From assembly GCA_964658305.1 (NCBI GenBank), contig OZ210885.1, forward strand, positions 21,390,001 through 21,454,000: DNA of 64,000 bases. Reading direction: 5' to 3'. Origin of the DNA: Leptogorgia sarmentosa (lineage: Eukaryota). The position numbers and the translations under genes are program-made. Below the pieces are notes generated by a model. The model did not search any database. It had not been told where the DNA came from and was given only the letters and a program-made list of their open reading frames with translations. This document shows, piece by piece, positions 52,040 through 64,000 of this stretch (the stretch's first letter is position 1; each line of letters begins with the position of its first letter).

Positions 52040-52588
52040 AAAAATTGTTTTTTCCAAACAATGAAGATCATCAAGTGCCTCGAGATATTAAAGGTGATTT
52101 AGAATCCGGGGGTTTGACAAGCCATGAGGATATTACACTTTTCCGCTCACACTGCAGAGATTTTCTCATTGAAGCAGTAATACAAATTCAGGACAGATTT
52201 GGAGACTGCCAAAATATGGATCATCTGTCTTGTCTATCACCCATTGTAGCTTTCAATTTGGAAATGCCATCCCTGAATTCATTATATAAAGAAATGCCAC
52301 ATCTGGAAAGAGTTGCCGATTTGCAAAGTGTTGATCAGGAATGGGGAGAACATGTGCTCAATCCAAAACTCGGTGAAAACCAAACCCCAGAAGAGTATTG
52401 ACAAATTGTCTTTAAGGAACGTGATTCTTCTGGGAAGCCAAGATATCCACAGTTAACAAAGGTGATAAAAGTCCTTCTATCTTTGCCCTTCTCAAATGTT
52501 GCTGCAGAAAGGCTATTCAGTCAGTTGAAGTTAGTAAAGACTGACCACAGAGCTTCACTTAAACAAGAAAGCCTAGTGGCCCTCCTGC
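52040..52588 (+). pseudogene. hAT transposase C-terminal/dimerisation fragment
   Basis: YPQLTKVIKVLLSLPFSNVAAERLFSQLKLVKTDHRASL. It is cut at 52589, where a CAGGG-starting element begins. Confidence 0.8.
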
Positions 52589-52898
52589 CAGGGTGCATTC
52601 TGTGCAGTCAAATCGGAATATATTCAGCGTGGAGTTAAGGAAATCTTGGCGTACTGGTGGCGCACGATCGTCGTTTTCGGGGTACTGGCGTAATCTGATT
52701 TTTTACTTGGTGGCGCAAAAGCAGCGCGTTAAAAAATATATAAGCAATAATACATCTTAGAGCTCCCTGAACGTCATATAAAAAACAGCGCAATAAATTA
52801 CCAATAACAATTTTACTGCGAAATTTTTTTCCCGTAATAATCTCAATTCTCAAACTATTCGATCATTTCAATGATGTAAATGACTAAATGTAGAACAC

Positions 52899-55800
52899 AT
52901 GGAAGAGACAAAGGTATGAAAGAATAAATTAAACATTTACTAAATGAATAGATGCTTATCATATTGACATCACTAGATTTCATGAACAAAGTATTGTCTA
53001 CTTTCTAGAATAATAGAAATAGAAAACTGTTGGTATTTACAAAAATTTATTTGTACGCATCTCATTTTTTTTTATCGCAATAATGTTTTTTGAATGTTTT
53101 ATCGAGGTTAAATGCTATTGCTATTGGGCCTATTTAATTTGTTGTTCGTCCGCTAAAACTAAAAGTAGTTTAAAAAATTTAGGCTGTTAGTGATGGTAGA
53201 GATATCTCTGAAATATCTATAAGCACAATAAGCTGTACGGTGTGTGAGCAAGAGGTTGGAGGTGGCCATAAATGTGCTCAGTGCAAATGTCCGGTGCATT
53301 TAATCTGTGGTAAGCCTGTATGTGATGAAGAGGAAGGCTATGGACAAAATGTTTTTTGTTTTAAATGTGAGAAGCAAGGTAAATTTAATATTATTTGCAA
53401 AAATACAATATAAATACTAGTTATTGGTACATGCAAATACCTCTATCAAATAATTAAACAACACGTTTTTCCTCAACTCATGATTGCAGCGGAAAACTCA
53501 GCTTCTCTGGCTGTGTCTAAACAGAAGAGATCTTGCAAACGGCAGCTGGCACTTAATTTCGCTGGAGAAGATAGCAAAACTGCCAAACCATCACTGGGCC
53601 AATCAAAGAAGCAACGTGTCAATGAAACGGGTGAAAAAGACAAGGCAAAATATGTGTGTTTGGAATGCTTAGAACTTCATGTCAGGGGAAAGTTAGATTA
53701 TAAATATACCAGCATTTGCCGTTTGGATAAAACAAGCATTCAGCGTCACAAGAATAGATGGCACCAGCTTCCGGGAAGACAAGTATGCACTTTTGTGCCT
53801 GGATCGTCTCCCGAGGTTAGCAAGCTCAAAAGTCAACGTTCAGCCGTGATACCAAATGCTGGTCTACAATGTTGTAATGCTAGATTTAGAGCCATCATCA
53901 CCCAGTTCTTCCCATGATCATGGTCTATCTGAGTGTGACGTGGTAGGTGCGAAGACAGACACCCCAGGGGCCGGTTGTTCGTAGCCTGTTTAGCCTAAAC
54001 GGCGGATAAGTCAAATTTAAATTACACTCCCATTCGTCTTGTGATGCACTAGACAAAAATTTTAAGGATTAAATATATAGTTGTATGCATAGGCGTTCTT
54101 TTTAGATTGAAAATTTTTACTTTGATTGTTCAATGAATATATAAACTTGCTTAAAATTCTCGACTTATACGCCGTTTAAGCTAAACGGGCTACGAACAAC
54201 CGCCCCCAGATGAAATATACCAAGATAATCAATATCTGTGTTCGAATTCAGGTATGAAAATTGGTTTGCCATCAAGTAGTCAAGCAACACTGCTGTCTTT
54301 CACTCAAAAGGAAAGTAATACTGCTACTGAAGAGCCACCACTCAAACAAGTACTGGATGCGATTTCGGGGTTGAGTATTAAGGTAGATAGCATTGGTAAA
54401 CGACAGGAAACACTTGAGCACTTGGCATTTGAAGATGACAACGTACGGCATTCAATTGAGTGCGTGAGAAAAGCCACAAATATCATTGAACTTTGTGAGG
54501 CTACAGATTTGATCCAATGGTTCTACGATGAAAAAACCGAATCTGCTATTATACTTTGTCTTCCTTGTTTTGAATTTCACACCACAGCAAAACAGACACT
54601 TTCAAAGCTGAATCCGTTCAATGCAGAAAAGTTGCTTAACTTGAAATCTAATGGAAATCTTTCTACTAGTATTTTTCTTGACAAGGAGACGAGCCGTTTG
54701 CTGATCAATGGCCACAACAAGACTTGGTACCGTCAGAAATTCCGCTTCATTGATCATTTGTGCTACGTAGGAGATGGATCCAAGCTTCACAGAAAGGCGA
54801 TGGAAGAGTACACGAAGAAGAAGGCATCAATAAAGAAAAAGTCGAGTGTGTGCAGTAATTTATTTCGGGCTGCCATTACTGATCTGAAGCTTGGAGCTGC
54901 AGGAAAGCATTTTGAAACGCTTGTTTCCTTTCTGGCATGCTGTTCAGTCGATGTGGGTTCTATGGGTCACGGTCGTAACAATTTTAATGACATGCTATAT
55001 TGCCTAGAGAAAGTTCTCAACGAAAAAATTGTTGAATGGCTAAACACACCCCTTCCATCCACTCTTCTGCCTCCTCACTTTTGGGCTACCACTGATAAGG
55101 CAACACCGTCAAAACCACCAACCAAGCTGTGCTCATCATCGCTAGAGACAAAAGTGGAGTACCATGCCCCATACCTGTTGCAGCGCCACCTGTGTACAAT
55201 GATTTTCAACAAGCTTCCTACGATGTCCTGGCTCAGCAGTTACTTAATGGAATTTCAGCGCATTTTTCTAAAGATGTCTTGTCTCGCCTGTGTGGTGTAA
55301 GCGCTGATGGCCCGTATCAAGCTGCTGGCTTTCGAGATCAACTTCTAGAAGCGCTCGAATTGGAAAAAGATTCCTACCTTGCTCTTCCAATCACATGGGA
55401 CCCCGCTCATCTCCTGAACCTCGCTGTTACTGACGTGAGACTCTCTAAGTGGGGCATTTTTGAAATTATTCATCAAAAGATGCAACGTTTTCAACCAAGT
55501 CTTATCCCATGGAAAAGGATTTGCCTTTTTAGAAATGGTCGACGAACACGCCCTTCGCCCAGTCTCATACGCAACGCAAAGGTTTGCTAGTTCCTCGTAC
55601 AACCAGTGGTTGAAAATCGAGAAAAGTTTTGGATCCTTCTGGAAAGCTTTTGACTTGCTTCATCCTAACCGAAGTGAGGACGAGGAATGGCAATACATGA
55701 TTGCTGGCTCGGATTTTCTGGCAGATTTGTTGGCCCTACTCGATATCCTAGATCACATGGTCCAGCTTATGCTTCGTGTCCAAGCTTTAGATACACCCGT

Positions 55801-56938
55801 ATGGAAATTGAAACTCTGGTGGCCTAAAGTCCAAGAAAAGCTTTTAAAAGGTGTAAATGGAGAAGAAGATGCCTATCCACGGTTGAAAAATCAATGAAAT
55901 CTTCAGCCGGGTGGTGTCTTCAAGGGGGTTACGCTTCTGGAAGGGTGGCTAGTCGTGCAAGATAAGGGAAAAGAATCTGGTGAACGTCGGTTTGGCTGGC
56001 AGCAAAGAGATGACAGTGAAATTAAGAGCGACCGGGAAAGATTTGCTAAAGACTTGATGGATGCCTTAGAAAAACAAATAAGCTCCGTTGCAAGTAACGA
56101 CGCAATATCAACGCTTCAAGTTTTCGACGCAGCCTGTCTTGTGAGTCTGTTCTGTGGTACAGCAGTGGAAAAGAAAATCACATTTTTCCTTCCTGAAGGC
56201 GAGTTGGAACAGTATGGTGTGGATGAATGCAAAGAGATAATGCAAGAAGCTTCCAAAAGGACCCACGTTCAAACCTCTGGAATCAACTTTGATCCCCGTA
56301 TGGCACATCTATACATGGGTTTGATCAAGAAAGCCATAATGGAGGGAATATGGAGCAGAATATGCCCTGAATGGTTTGAAGCAGCAGATGACAAAAGTGC
56401 TAAACTTTTTGTTGATGGCGTTACCTTGGTAGAATTTCGTGATTTGAAATCGACGGAACTTGACAGCCTTTTTCTTATGCGTTTCTCAGATGGGACAGTT
56501 CGCAAAGTAAGACTTCGCGAGAAGCAGGTATTCGAATCATTTTATTCAAACAAAGAACTGTACGACATCGCAAAACCACCCTCCTGTGCACTTCTGGACA
56601 TTGTCTTAGCGAAAGCTGGCCCTGAGGCGATAGCCGAAAGTTTTTACAGCGCTATGCGGTATCAGCAACAAGCGGGTGGTCAATCGAACGAAACTCTTGT
56701 ACGGAGAACCAAAGTTGCTTGGTGCTTGCCTTCCCTGCAGCACTGTGAAGATGTAATCAAAGAAGCTGTTCCAATATATCTTCAAGGCGTCGAAGGCGAT
56801 GGTAACTTGAGACTTCATCGCATAAGCACATATTTTTAAACACATGCAAAAAAATACGCTGTGTCTAAAGTTGTAGACCGCGTCCATGCAGAACATGGAC
56901 ACTGTCCGTTTTTAGCAAGTAAAACTGAAGAGATTTAA
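52899..56938 (+). pseudogene. Divergent hAT-like transposase with an N-terminal PHD-like finger and a BED-like finger
   Basis: Exons 52899-52913, 53183-53378 and 53490 onward join in frame. Motifs TDKAT, ADGPY, WDPAH, ATQRF and EAIAESFYS; several frameshifts. Confidence 0.65.
53968..54206. mobile_element. PIF/Harbinger-type MITE
   Basis: GGG...CCC TIRs of about 45 bp and a 3-bp TSD CAG. Removing it restores the frame DTPDEIYQ...MKIG. Confidence 0.85.
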
Positions 56939-57005
56939 AATGTACCTAACTATTTGTTACTTTCATGTTAGATTTACTCAGCCGAGATTAAATATTTGCT
57001 AAATA

Positions 57006-57224
57006 CAGGGTGAGTCAGAAAAACTGATACTTTGAAATTCAAATTAGCTGCATTTCATCATTTAGTCGCACCAACGTTGCCTGAATATCCCATGCAGGTA
57101 TGAAGCATGTCAAATAAACAGACGATGTCAATTCCCTGGGGAGTTTCAAGTCATTCCAATTGCAACAGTTTCACAGCTAATATGAATTTTTAATGTGTCA
57201 GTTTTTTCTGACTCACTCAACTTG
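57006..57224. mobile_element. Degenerate Tc1/mariner MITE
   Basis: TA-CAGGGTGAGTCAGAAAAACTGA on the left and TCAGTTTTTTCTGACTCAC on the right. Confidence 0.6.
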
Positions 57225-57422
57225 TATAATGACGTGAATAAAAGCTGAATTTTGTTTTCACTACCACTTGACATTTGAGTTATGACCCAGGGCGCTGTTA
57301 TAAACTGGAATTTTCCTCCATGCAACTTCTCTTGCAATGCTACTATGCTAGGAAACTAGCAACTGCTCCGGCGTGGGTGAGTCCACCACATATGGCCAGT
57401 GCAATACTGTTAGCGTAGCCAC

Positions 57423-58566
57423 ATGACTTCCTTGGCGCATATTCGGCACAGCGTTGACACCGGAAGGGCTCAAAAATACTCTAGAGTAGGACCAAGAGAC
57501 TTTGTTTCCTTTCCGCACGAAGAAATGACAATACAAAACATTAGGTCTTCGTGTGAGAGGCACTTCGCTTCTGTGGTTGGCAGTGGCTTGGCATGCGACG
57601 TTCTGGCTAGAGATCAGGTCCTTCTTGCCAATCGTTAGATCAACTTCCTGATATGAAAGTGATCCATGTTCGATTCATCGAAAACATCGGCACTGAAGTG
57701 ACTGAACTTGATTCTGGCGAAGGCCCTTCTCAGCCGAAACGGTGGTATTTCCTATGCTGGTTCACCGTCGAAGTCTGTCCTGGCATTCTTTCGCAAAGAT
57801 ATGCCACCGAAACAGTTCCCGAGAAGTCTTTCCATTTCAAAAATGTTGAAACTGGGAAAGACAATTGAAGAAACCTCAACTGTGATTGAGGTGTTCACCT
57901 TTGACGTTGAAGCAATGTCATGGTCCAAAGAGCCTGATCGTGTCGAGTTCTCTGTAGCAAAGACATCTTTCGCATCAGGTGGTTTTCGTAAAGCATACAA
58001 AGCCACTTCTCGAGATAAGAAGTTTGCTGGAAAGCAATGGGTGTTAAAGAGATATCTACTGGAAACCCAGAAAACCATCAAAGAAATGGGAGACACAGAA
58101 GAGAGCCACACCAAAAAGGTGGTACAAATGCACCGCCTTGCTGCTTATATGGCTATGAATTTATCCACAGCAGAATTTATTTTGAATTTATTTGGCCAAA
58201 CATTACAATATGGGAACATTTTCTTGGGGAAGATAGAAAATGAATATATTACAATTGAAGAGTTCATATTTGGAGAGTTCATAAAATACATGAACAATAC
58301 TGGTGAAGTGTGTGGGGAGCCAAATGATGAGTTTTGCCAGAAGGCCGAATGCCTGTGTCATTTTTCATTCCAAAAGTCTGAGAGAAAACTGATGCTCGTA
58401 GATATTCAAGGTAGTGGTGTCAACCTGTATGATCCAGAAATTGCATCAATACAACAAACATCAGATGATGGAAAGATATTATTTTGTGCAGGCAACCTTT
58501 CGAAAGAAGCAATAGATAACTTTACTTTGCTTCATGTTTGCAATAAATACTGCAAAATGCTGGAGC
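57423..58566 (+). pseudogene. Alpha-kinase (eEF2K/TRPM-kinase family), intronless, frameshifted N-terminus
   Basis: FASGGFRKAYKA, VLKRY, IEEFI.GEFIKYMNNTG, HFSF...LMLVDIQG, YDPEIAS and GNL.....F...H.CNKYC. The 3' end is cut by an element starting CAGGGTTGCCA at 58567. Confidence 0.88.
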
Positions 58567-59314
58567 AGGGTTGCCAGATAGATTTTTTTAAATGTTCATG
58601 CTGCGCATACTCAAAAGTTCACAGAACTGGTCAGCGGTATCATGTAAGATCATTTTTCATATTATCACTTTTTTTTTTACAGGAGTGTGTCCGGAGGTGT
58701 GCCATTTTTCACTCATTATTCATATTGGTCATACATAGATTTATTTCTAGAAAAATTTGAATGAATTATCAAATACCGCTTAGGATTTCTGATTTGTTAC
58801 TTATGAATGAACAAAAAAAGACAATTAAACAACATAATTTCAAACAATTTTAGAACTTATAACACAATACAACATGATGTAACTTATTTTGTAATACACA
58901 AAAATTTTTCATATTTTGTTACCCAACTTGGGCTGGTTGAGTTCTTCGTCACTGTCCGACTCTGAATTTTGGATACTGGAAGCCTGCTAAATAGCCCTTA
59001 CTTTTCAATAATTCATAAATCATAATTGTGAAAGTAAATAATAAAATTCAAAATCGCAACGTTGCGTAATGTTCTGATGAAGCGATACTTGGTGAAGATT
59101 GCCCGAATGACCTTAGGAGCATGGAAAACTATCAAACTAAACAATCTAGGAATCCTCTATTTGTTTTACTCGCTAGCTTATCTTCATTTCCTCCACTATT
59201 TCTTAATACTGCTCAGATAAATGACGTAAAAATGTTTTATTTGTTCTCTTAACTAGTTTTGTTATGGAGCAATTATAGAATACCCGTCCACTTTTGAAAC
59301 TGACTTGTTATCAT

Positions 59315-59890
59315 GATACGATGATACGAAGTGAGAATAATGACGTAATATATAGTAAATCCGAGCAAGCTGAAAGTTCCTGGGCAAGGTATATTTTTTC
59401 GTGATACGATGATACGAAGTGAGAATAATGATGTAATATATAGTAAGTCCGAGCAAGCTGAAAGGTCCTGGGCAAGTTATATTTTTTCGTGATACGATGA
59501 TACGAAGTGAGAATAATGACGTAATATATAGTAAGTCCGAGCTAGCTGGAAGTTCCTGGGCAAGGTATATTTTTTCCTGGCTAAAGGATATACCTTTCAT
59601 GCCAACTAAGACGACTTAATAGGCAGCTCGCTCACTGACTAAAATGGTAAAGGGACCTTTATACTGACATACTATCGATGACCGTGACGCTTACGCTCCT
59701 AACATGCCTCCATACTAACCAAACATTGTTTGCTCGTTTGCTACTAAGCCCTGTCTTCGATGATACAATGATACGAAGTGAGAATGACGTAATATATAGT
59801 AAATCCGAGCAAGCTGAAAGTTCCTGGGCAAGGTATATTTTTTCGTGATACGAAGTGAGATTAGTGACGTAAGATACAGTAAATCCGAGA
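59315..59890. repeat. 88-bp tandem repeat (3 copies plus about 1.5 displaced copies)
   Basis: Units start at 59315, 59403, 59491 and about 59762. Confidence 0.88.
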
Positions 59891-59940
59891 TAAATAGATG
59901 TGTTCCGTTAAAAACGCATGGACGCTAATCCCTTTCAAGA

Positions 59941-60077
59941 AACCCGAACAGTAAACACTGACCCTCACATTAAACACTAACCCGAACAGTAAAAGCCTGA
60001 CCCTAACAATGAACACTAACCCGAACAGTAAACACTGACCCTAACATTGAACACTAACCCGAACAGTAAACACTAAT
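59941..60077. repeat. About 38-bp minisatellite (CCCGAACAGTAAACACTGACCCTAACATTGAACACTAA)
   Basis: About 3.5 tandem copies. Confidence 0.8.
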
Positions 60078-60448
60078 ATATATTACTGTAAGCACAAATA
60101 ACTGTTTGTTTACGCTTATAGTGTACCGTTGGCTTTCGAAGAAAGCGTATTGTTTTTGCATGTTTAGTGTGTGGTTGGTCTTTAAAGAACGAGATATAAA
60201 AACAATATGCACAAGTAAATGCATAATTATTTTCACTTGATTTAATTGTGTTAGGAAACGCATGCTTTTTGAATAATTGCGGGTAAATCACATTTAAGTT
60301 GGTATCATATCACGAAAAAATAGATGAATAAATATGTTTCTTGTGGCACAAATTAATATGTGATGCTTCTCTTGAAGAACTCAAATTACAAAAAAAATTA
60401 TATTTGATAGGGTAATACATTCTTTAATCATTTGCACTAACAGAATCT

Positions 60449-61650
60449 CAGGGGCGGATCCAGGGGGTATCGAGCGTATCTGAAGATACGGTCAGATTTT
60501 TCCAAATATGGCTGGTATATAAATATTAATAGTTTGTGTCGAAATATTCGCAATTAATATATCTTCACGCAAATTCCTCATTTTTATGTCAAATAATAAA
60601 AATTTGACTTCACCCGAATGAAAAAATCCAGGTATTAGCCGCGTTAAAGCATTCGAATCATTTTGGCTGAAGATGAGCCGAGAGCTTCCCGAACGGTGGA
60701 GCCGACGATTTAATTTCGATCGGAAAAATTTTTCTAAATGCGTCTGCGGTGTTTGGATACGGTCAGCGGTGTTAATGTTACTAAAAATAGTAACTTGATG
60801 AGGTATTTGGATACTGTTGAGGGTATCCAGCCAATCACAGGACGTGTATCTGTGACGTCGGATACCCTCCGATACTGTGGCTGTGTTTTAATTGCACAAG
60901 AGATGGAATGATCGTAAAGCCTCGTACGGTTTATCTCATATAATCATATTGCTGTCTTTGCTGACACCGCGTTTACAACTGAGTGAGCGATGGCCGAACA
61001 TTCAGAAAACGTGCTCAAAAATTTAGGTCATATTTTTGACCAGTCAAGATTGGGAGACGATATTTCCAACGAGCTTTCGGCTCTGAAGCCAAAATGTCAG
61101 AGTTTAATTGTGGTGAAGAGGTTCCTTGCCGCGCAACGATCGAACGCTCGCGTTGGTGTTTGTGGTATGATTATTCATTGAATTTATATTAGGTATATAT
61201 ATATTCACTCAGAACCGTGGCTCGAAACTGGACCGACGTTTAATTAGCGTCGTTTAGAAAGACTTTTGCGTCGAATTAAAATTTGCTATGTAAATTTGTT
61301 AGTTCATTTGAATATTGATCAAGGTCCAAGTACAGTCACTCAAACGTGCCCACGTGTATTTTATAATCGTGTCATTTCGATGCTTGTTTGTGAACATATT
61401 TGGCCAAATTGACTGAATAAATGATTAAATGTGACATTAATACATAATTATGTGATATTGTGATTTGTCCGTATGATATGTTCTTTCAATTAAATATCTT
61501 AGTAGTTTTTGGTAGATTTTTCGTTATTTTCCTCCTAAAATACGGTCTGACAAGGGTGAATATTTCGACACAATTCGATGCTCAGAATGCTGGAAATGGC
61601 ATTTCCGGGTCCCAAACCTCAAACATTTTCTGTGGGGGCATGCCCCCTCA
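60449..61650. mobile_element. hAT-type non-autonomous element, right end missing
   Basis: Starts CAGGGGCGGATCCAGGGG and carries subterminal GGGGGCATGCCCCC-type motifs near 61630. Confidence 0.5.
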
Positions 61651-61738
61651 CTATTCATTTTAACACAACATACTATAATACCACTACTGACTACTTTTCA
61701 TTAAAGGTTTATAAAGAGTGAGAGGGCACTAGCGCATC

Positions 61739-62500
61739 TTATTTAAATGCTACAACTCTGGATTTTTGATTGACCCAATGATCTAAAACATTGTTCAGAT
61801 TAATTGACCGGAGTACATCTTTGTTCATTGACAATAACATCAAGTCACTCGCTAATGTATAACTAAGGCTGTTGCGGGCCCAGCTAAGTATACGATTCAT
61901 TGCGCTGAAACTTCGTTCAACTGTGGCAGTACCGACAGGGATGGTCTTCGATATCCTGATCACTTTGAATAGATTCGGGTATAGTTTGGAATCAATGTAT
62001 TTTCCAGCTCTTGTAATAATCTTCGCTCTTTCACACTCAGTTTTGAGGAGACCAGAATCAATTTTGAGACAATTTCCAAAACGATCTACTAAAGGACTTA
62101 AAGTTGAGTAGTCCAGATATCTTTGGTTCGATGCGTCCAAAGCATCCATTGCACTCAAAATTTCAACATTGCTGGTGGAGAAACGTCGTTCCAGTTCTTG
62201 TAACAGGAACGGAACAGTTGACGATTTCAGGCTTTTGCACAAGTCACTAGTAGGATCTTCTCCATCCCTGATTTTATTTATGGGATCCTCACAGCCGAGT
62301 GTTATTCCAATGTCTGAACACAGTTTAGTAGCCGATTCAGAAATTTCATCACAGTCTAGCTCAACCAAGAGTTTTCTCACCGCAAGCATTTCGCTGCTAA
62401 CCGTAATCCACTTGATTGTTTTGTCCTGCATCAACTTGCTTAAACCATTCATTATGGATAAAACTTTGTGAATGAAGCAGAGAGAGATAGCAAATCTACC
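61739..62500 (-). pseudogene. hAT (ZMYM1/ZNF862-like) transposase C-terminal fragment
   Basis: ELERRFS, YPNLFKV, TIPVGTATVERSFSAMNRI...RNSL. Confidence 0.85.
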
Positions 62501-62521
62501 AGTAAAAGAAAAAGTAAAGAC

Positions 62522-63814
62522 CCGGATGAGCAACCGGCCATCCGAGAGAAAAGTTGTTTGAGCCGGATGAGCGAGTGGCCATCCGAGAGAAAAGTTATTT
62601 GAGCCGGATGAGCAACCGGCTATCCGAGAGAAAAGTTATTTGAGCCGGGGGAGCAACTGGCCATCCGAGAGAAACGTTATTTGAGCCGGGCGAGCAACTG
62701 GCCATCCAAGAAAAAAGTTATTTGAGCCGGGCGAGCAACTGGCCATCCGAGAGAAACGTTATTTGAGCCGGGCGAGCGAGTGGCCATCCGAGAGAAAAGT
62801 TATTTGAGCCGGATGAGCGAGTGGCCATCCGAGAGAAAAGTTATTTGAGCCGAACAAGCAACTGGCCATCCGAGAGAGAGGTTATTTGAGCTGGATGAGC
62901 GAGTGGCCACCCGAGAGAAAAGTTGTCTGAGCCGGATGAGCGAGTGGCCATCCGAGAGAAAAGTTATTTGAGCCGGATGAGCAACCGGCTATCCGAGAGA
63001 AAAGTTATTTGAGCCGGGGGAGCAACTGGCCATCCGAGAGAAACGTTATTTGAGCCGGGTGAGCAACTGGCCATCCGAGAGAAAAGTTATTTGAGCCGGG
63101 CGAGCAACTGGCCATCCGAGAGAAACGTTATTTGAGCCGGGCGAGCGAGTGGCCATCCGAGAGAAAAGTTATTTGAGCCGGGCGAGCGAGTGGCCATCTG
63201 AGAGAAAAGTTATTTGAGCCGAACAAGCAACTGGCCATCCGAGAGAGCGGTTATTTGTGCTGGATGAGCGAGTGGCCACCCGAGAGAAAAGTTGTCTGAG
63301 CCGGATGAGCAACCGGCCATCCGAGAGAACAGTTATTTGAGCTGGATGAGCGAGTGGCCGTCCGAGAGAAAAGTTATTTGAGCCGGATGAGCAACCGGCT
63401 ATCCGAGAGAAAAGTTATTTGAGCCGGGGGAGCAACTGGCCATCTGAGAGAAACGTTATTTGAGCCGGGCGAGCAACTGGCCATCCGAGAGAAAAGTTAT
63501 TTGAGCCGGGCGAGCAACTGGCCATCCGAGAGAAACGTTATTTGAGCCGGGCGAGCGAGTGGCCATCCGAGAGAAAAGTTATTTGAGCCGGATGAGCGAG
63601 TGGCCACCCGAGAGAAAAGTTGTCTGAGCCGGATGAGCAACCGGCCATCCGAGAGAACAGTTATTTGAGCTGGATGAGCGAGTGGCCGTCCGAGAGAAAA
63701 GTTATCTGAGCCGGATGAGCAAGTGGCCATCCGAGAGAAAAGTTATTTGAGCCTGATCGGCAACTGGCCATCCGAGAGAAAAGTTATTTGAGCCTGATCG
63801 GCAACTGGCCATCC
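62522..63814. repeat. 41-bp GC-rich minisatellite, about 31 copies
   Basis: Unit GAGCCGGATGAGCGAGTGGCCATCCGAGAGAAAAGTTATTT, contiguous with no unique spacers. Confidence 0.95.
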
Positions 63815-64000
63815 AAGCGTGACATCTATTGTTTTTCATGACTCGTGTTCTCCCCTGAGGGCCCCTAGCCCATTCACATTACGTAATTGTTATCGCTCGC
63901 GGTATTCGCATGGGTCTCGTTTCCTCCATAGGGTCCCCGTTTTCGGCAGCGTTATACGTCCGACCCGTCCATGAAGTAATTCGTGGCCATACGCTGTCAA

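Noticed and set aside
52589..58580. One element spanning the hAT-like transposase and the alpha-kinase
   Set aside because: No matching right TIR or TSD was found; CAGGG at 58567 is in direct orientation and looks like another element's start.
59315..60077. CRISPR-like or coding repeats
   Set aside because: These are plain tandem repeats; ORF 59262-59600 is a translation of the repeat.
62522..63814. CRISPR-like array
   Set aside because: The 41-bp units are contiguous with no unique spacers, there are no cas genes, and the context is eukaryotic.

Overview
This is AT-rich, intron-containing eukaryotic DNA. It is probably a marine invertebrate such as a cnidarian, inferred only from the transposon repertoire. 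I see no host housekeeping gene: the window is a nested pile of mostly decayed transposons. In order: (1) an AcademH element (transposase plus convergent RecQ helicase, right end 6426) and a complete Mutator/MULE element (6510-12390, 74-bp TIRs, 9-bp TSD) carrying an intact HMG-box/zinc-finger gene, both inserted into an IS3EU-like element that also encodes a HECT E3 ligase; (2) a complete, unclassified TIR element (17592-22406, 9-bp TSD) whose Academ-like DDE transposase appears fused to RING, CCHC and herpes-type deubiquitinase-like domains, the best candidate for something new; (3) a piggyBac remnant; (4) a 20-kb Kolobok (25054-45090) containing a Sola2 element, which in turn holds a head-to-head duplicated Gypsy and a second Gypsy fragment, plus P-like and Academ fold-back MITEs; (5) a MULE/SWIM transposase with Ulp1-like exons; (6) a divergent hAT-like transposase with a PHD-like exon, an alpha-kinase, hAT fragments and minisatellites. 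All domain and family calls come from motif recognition by eye; no database searches were run.
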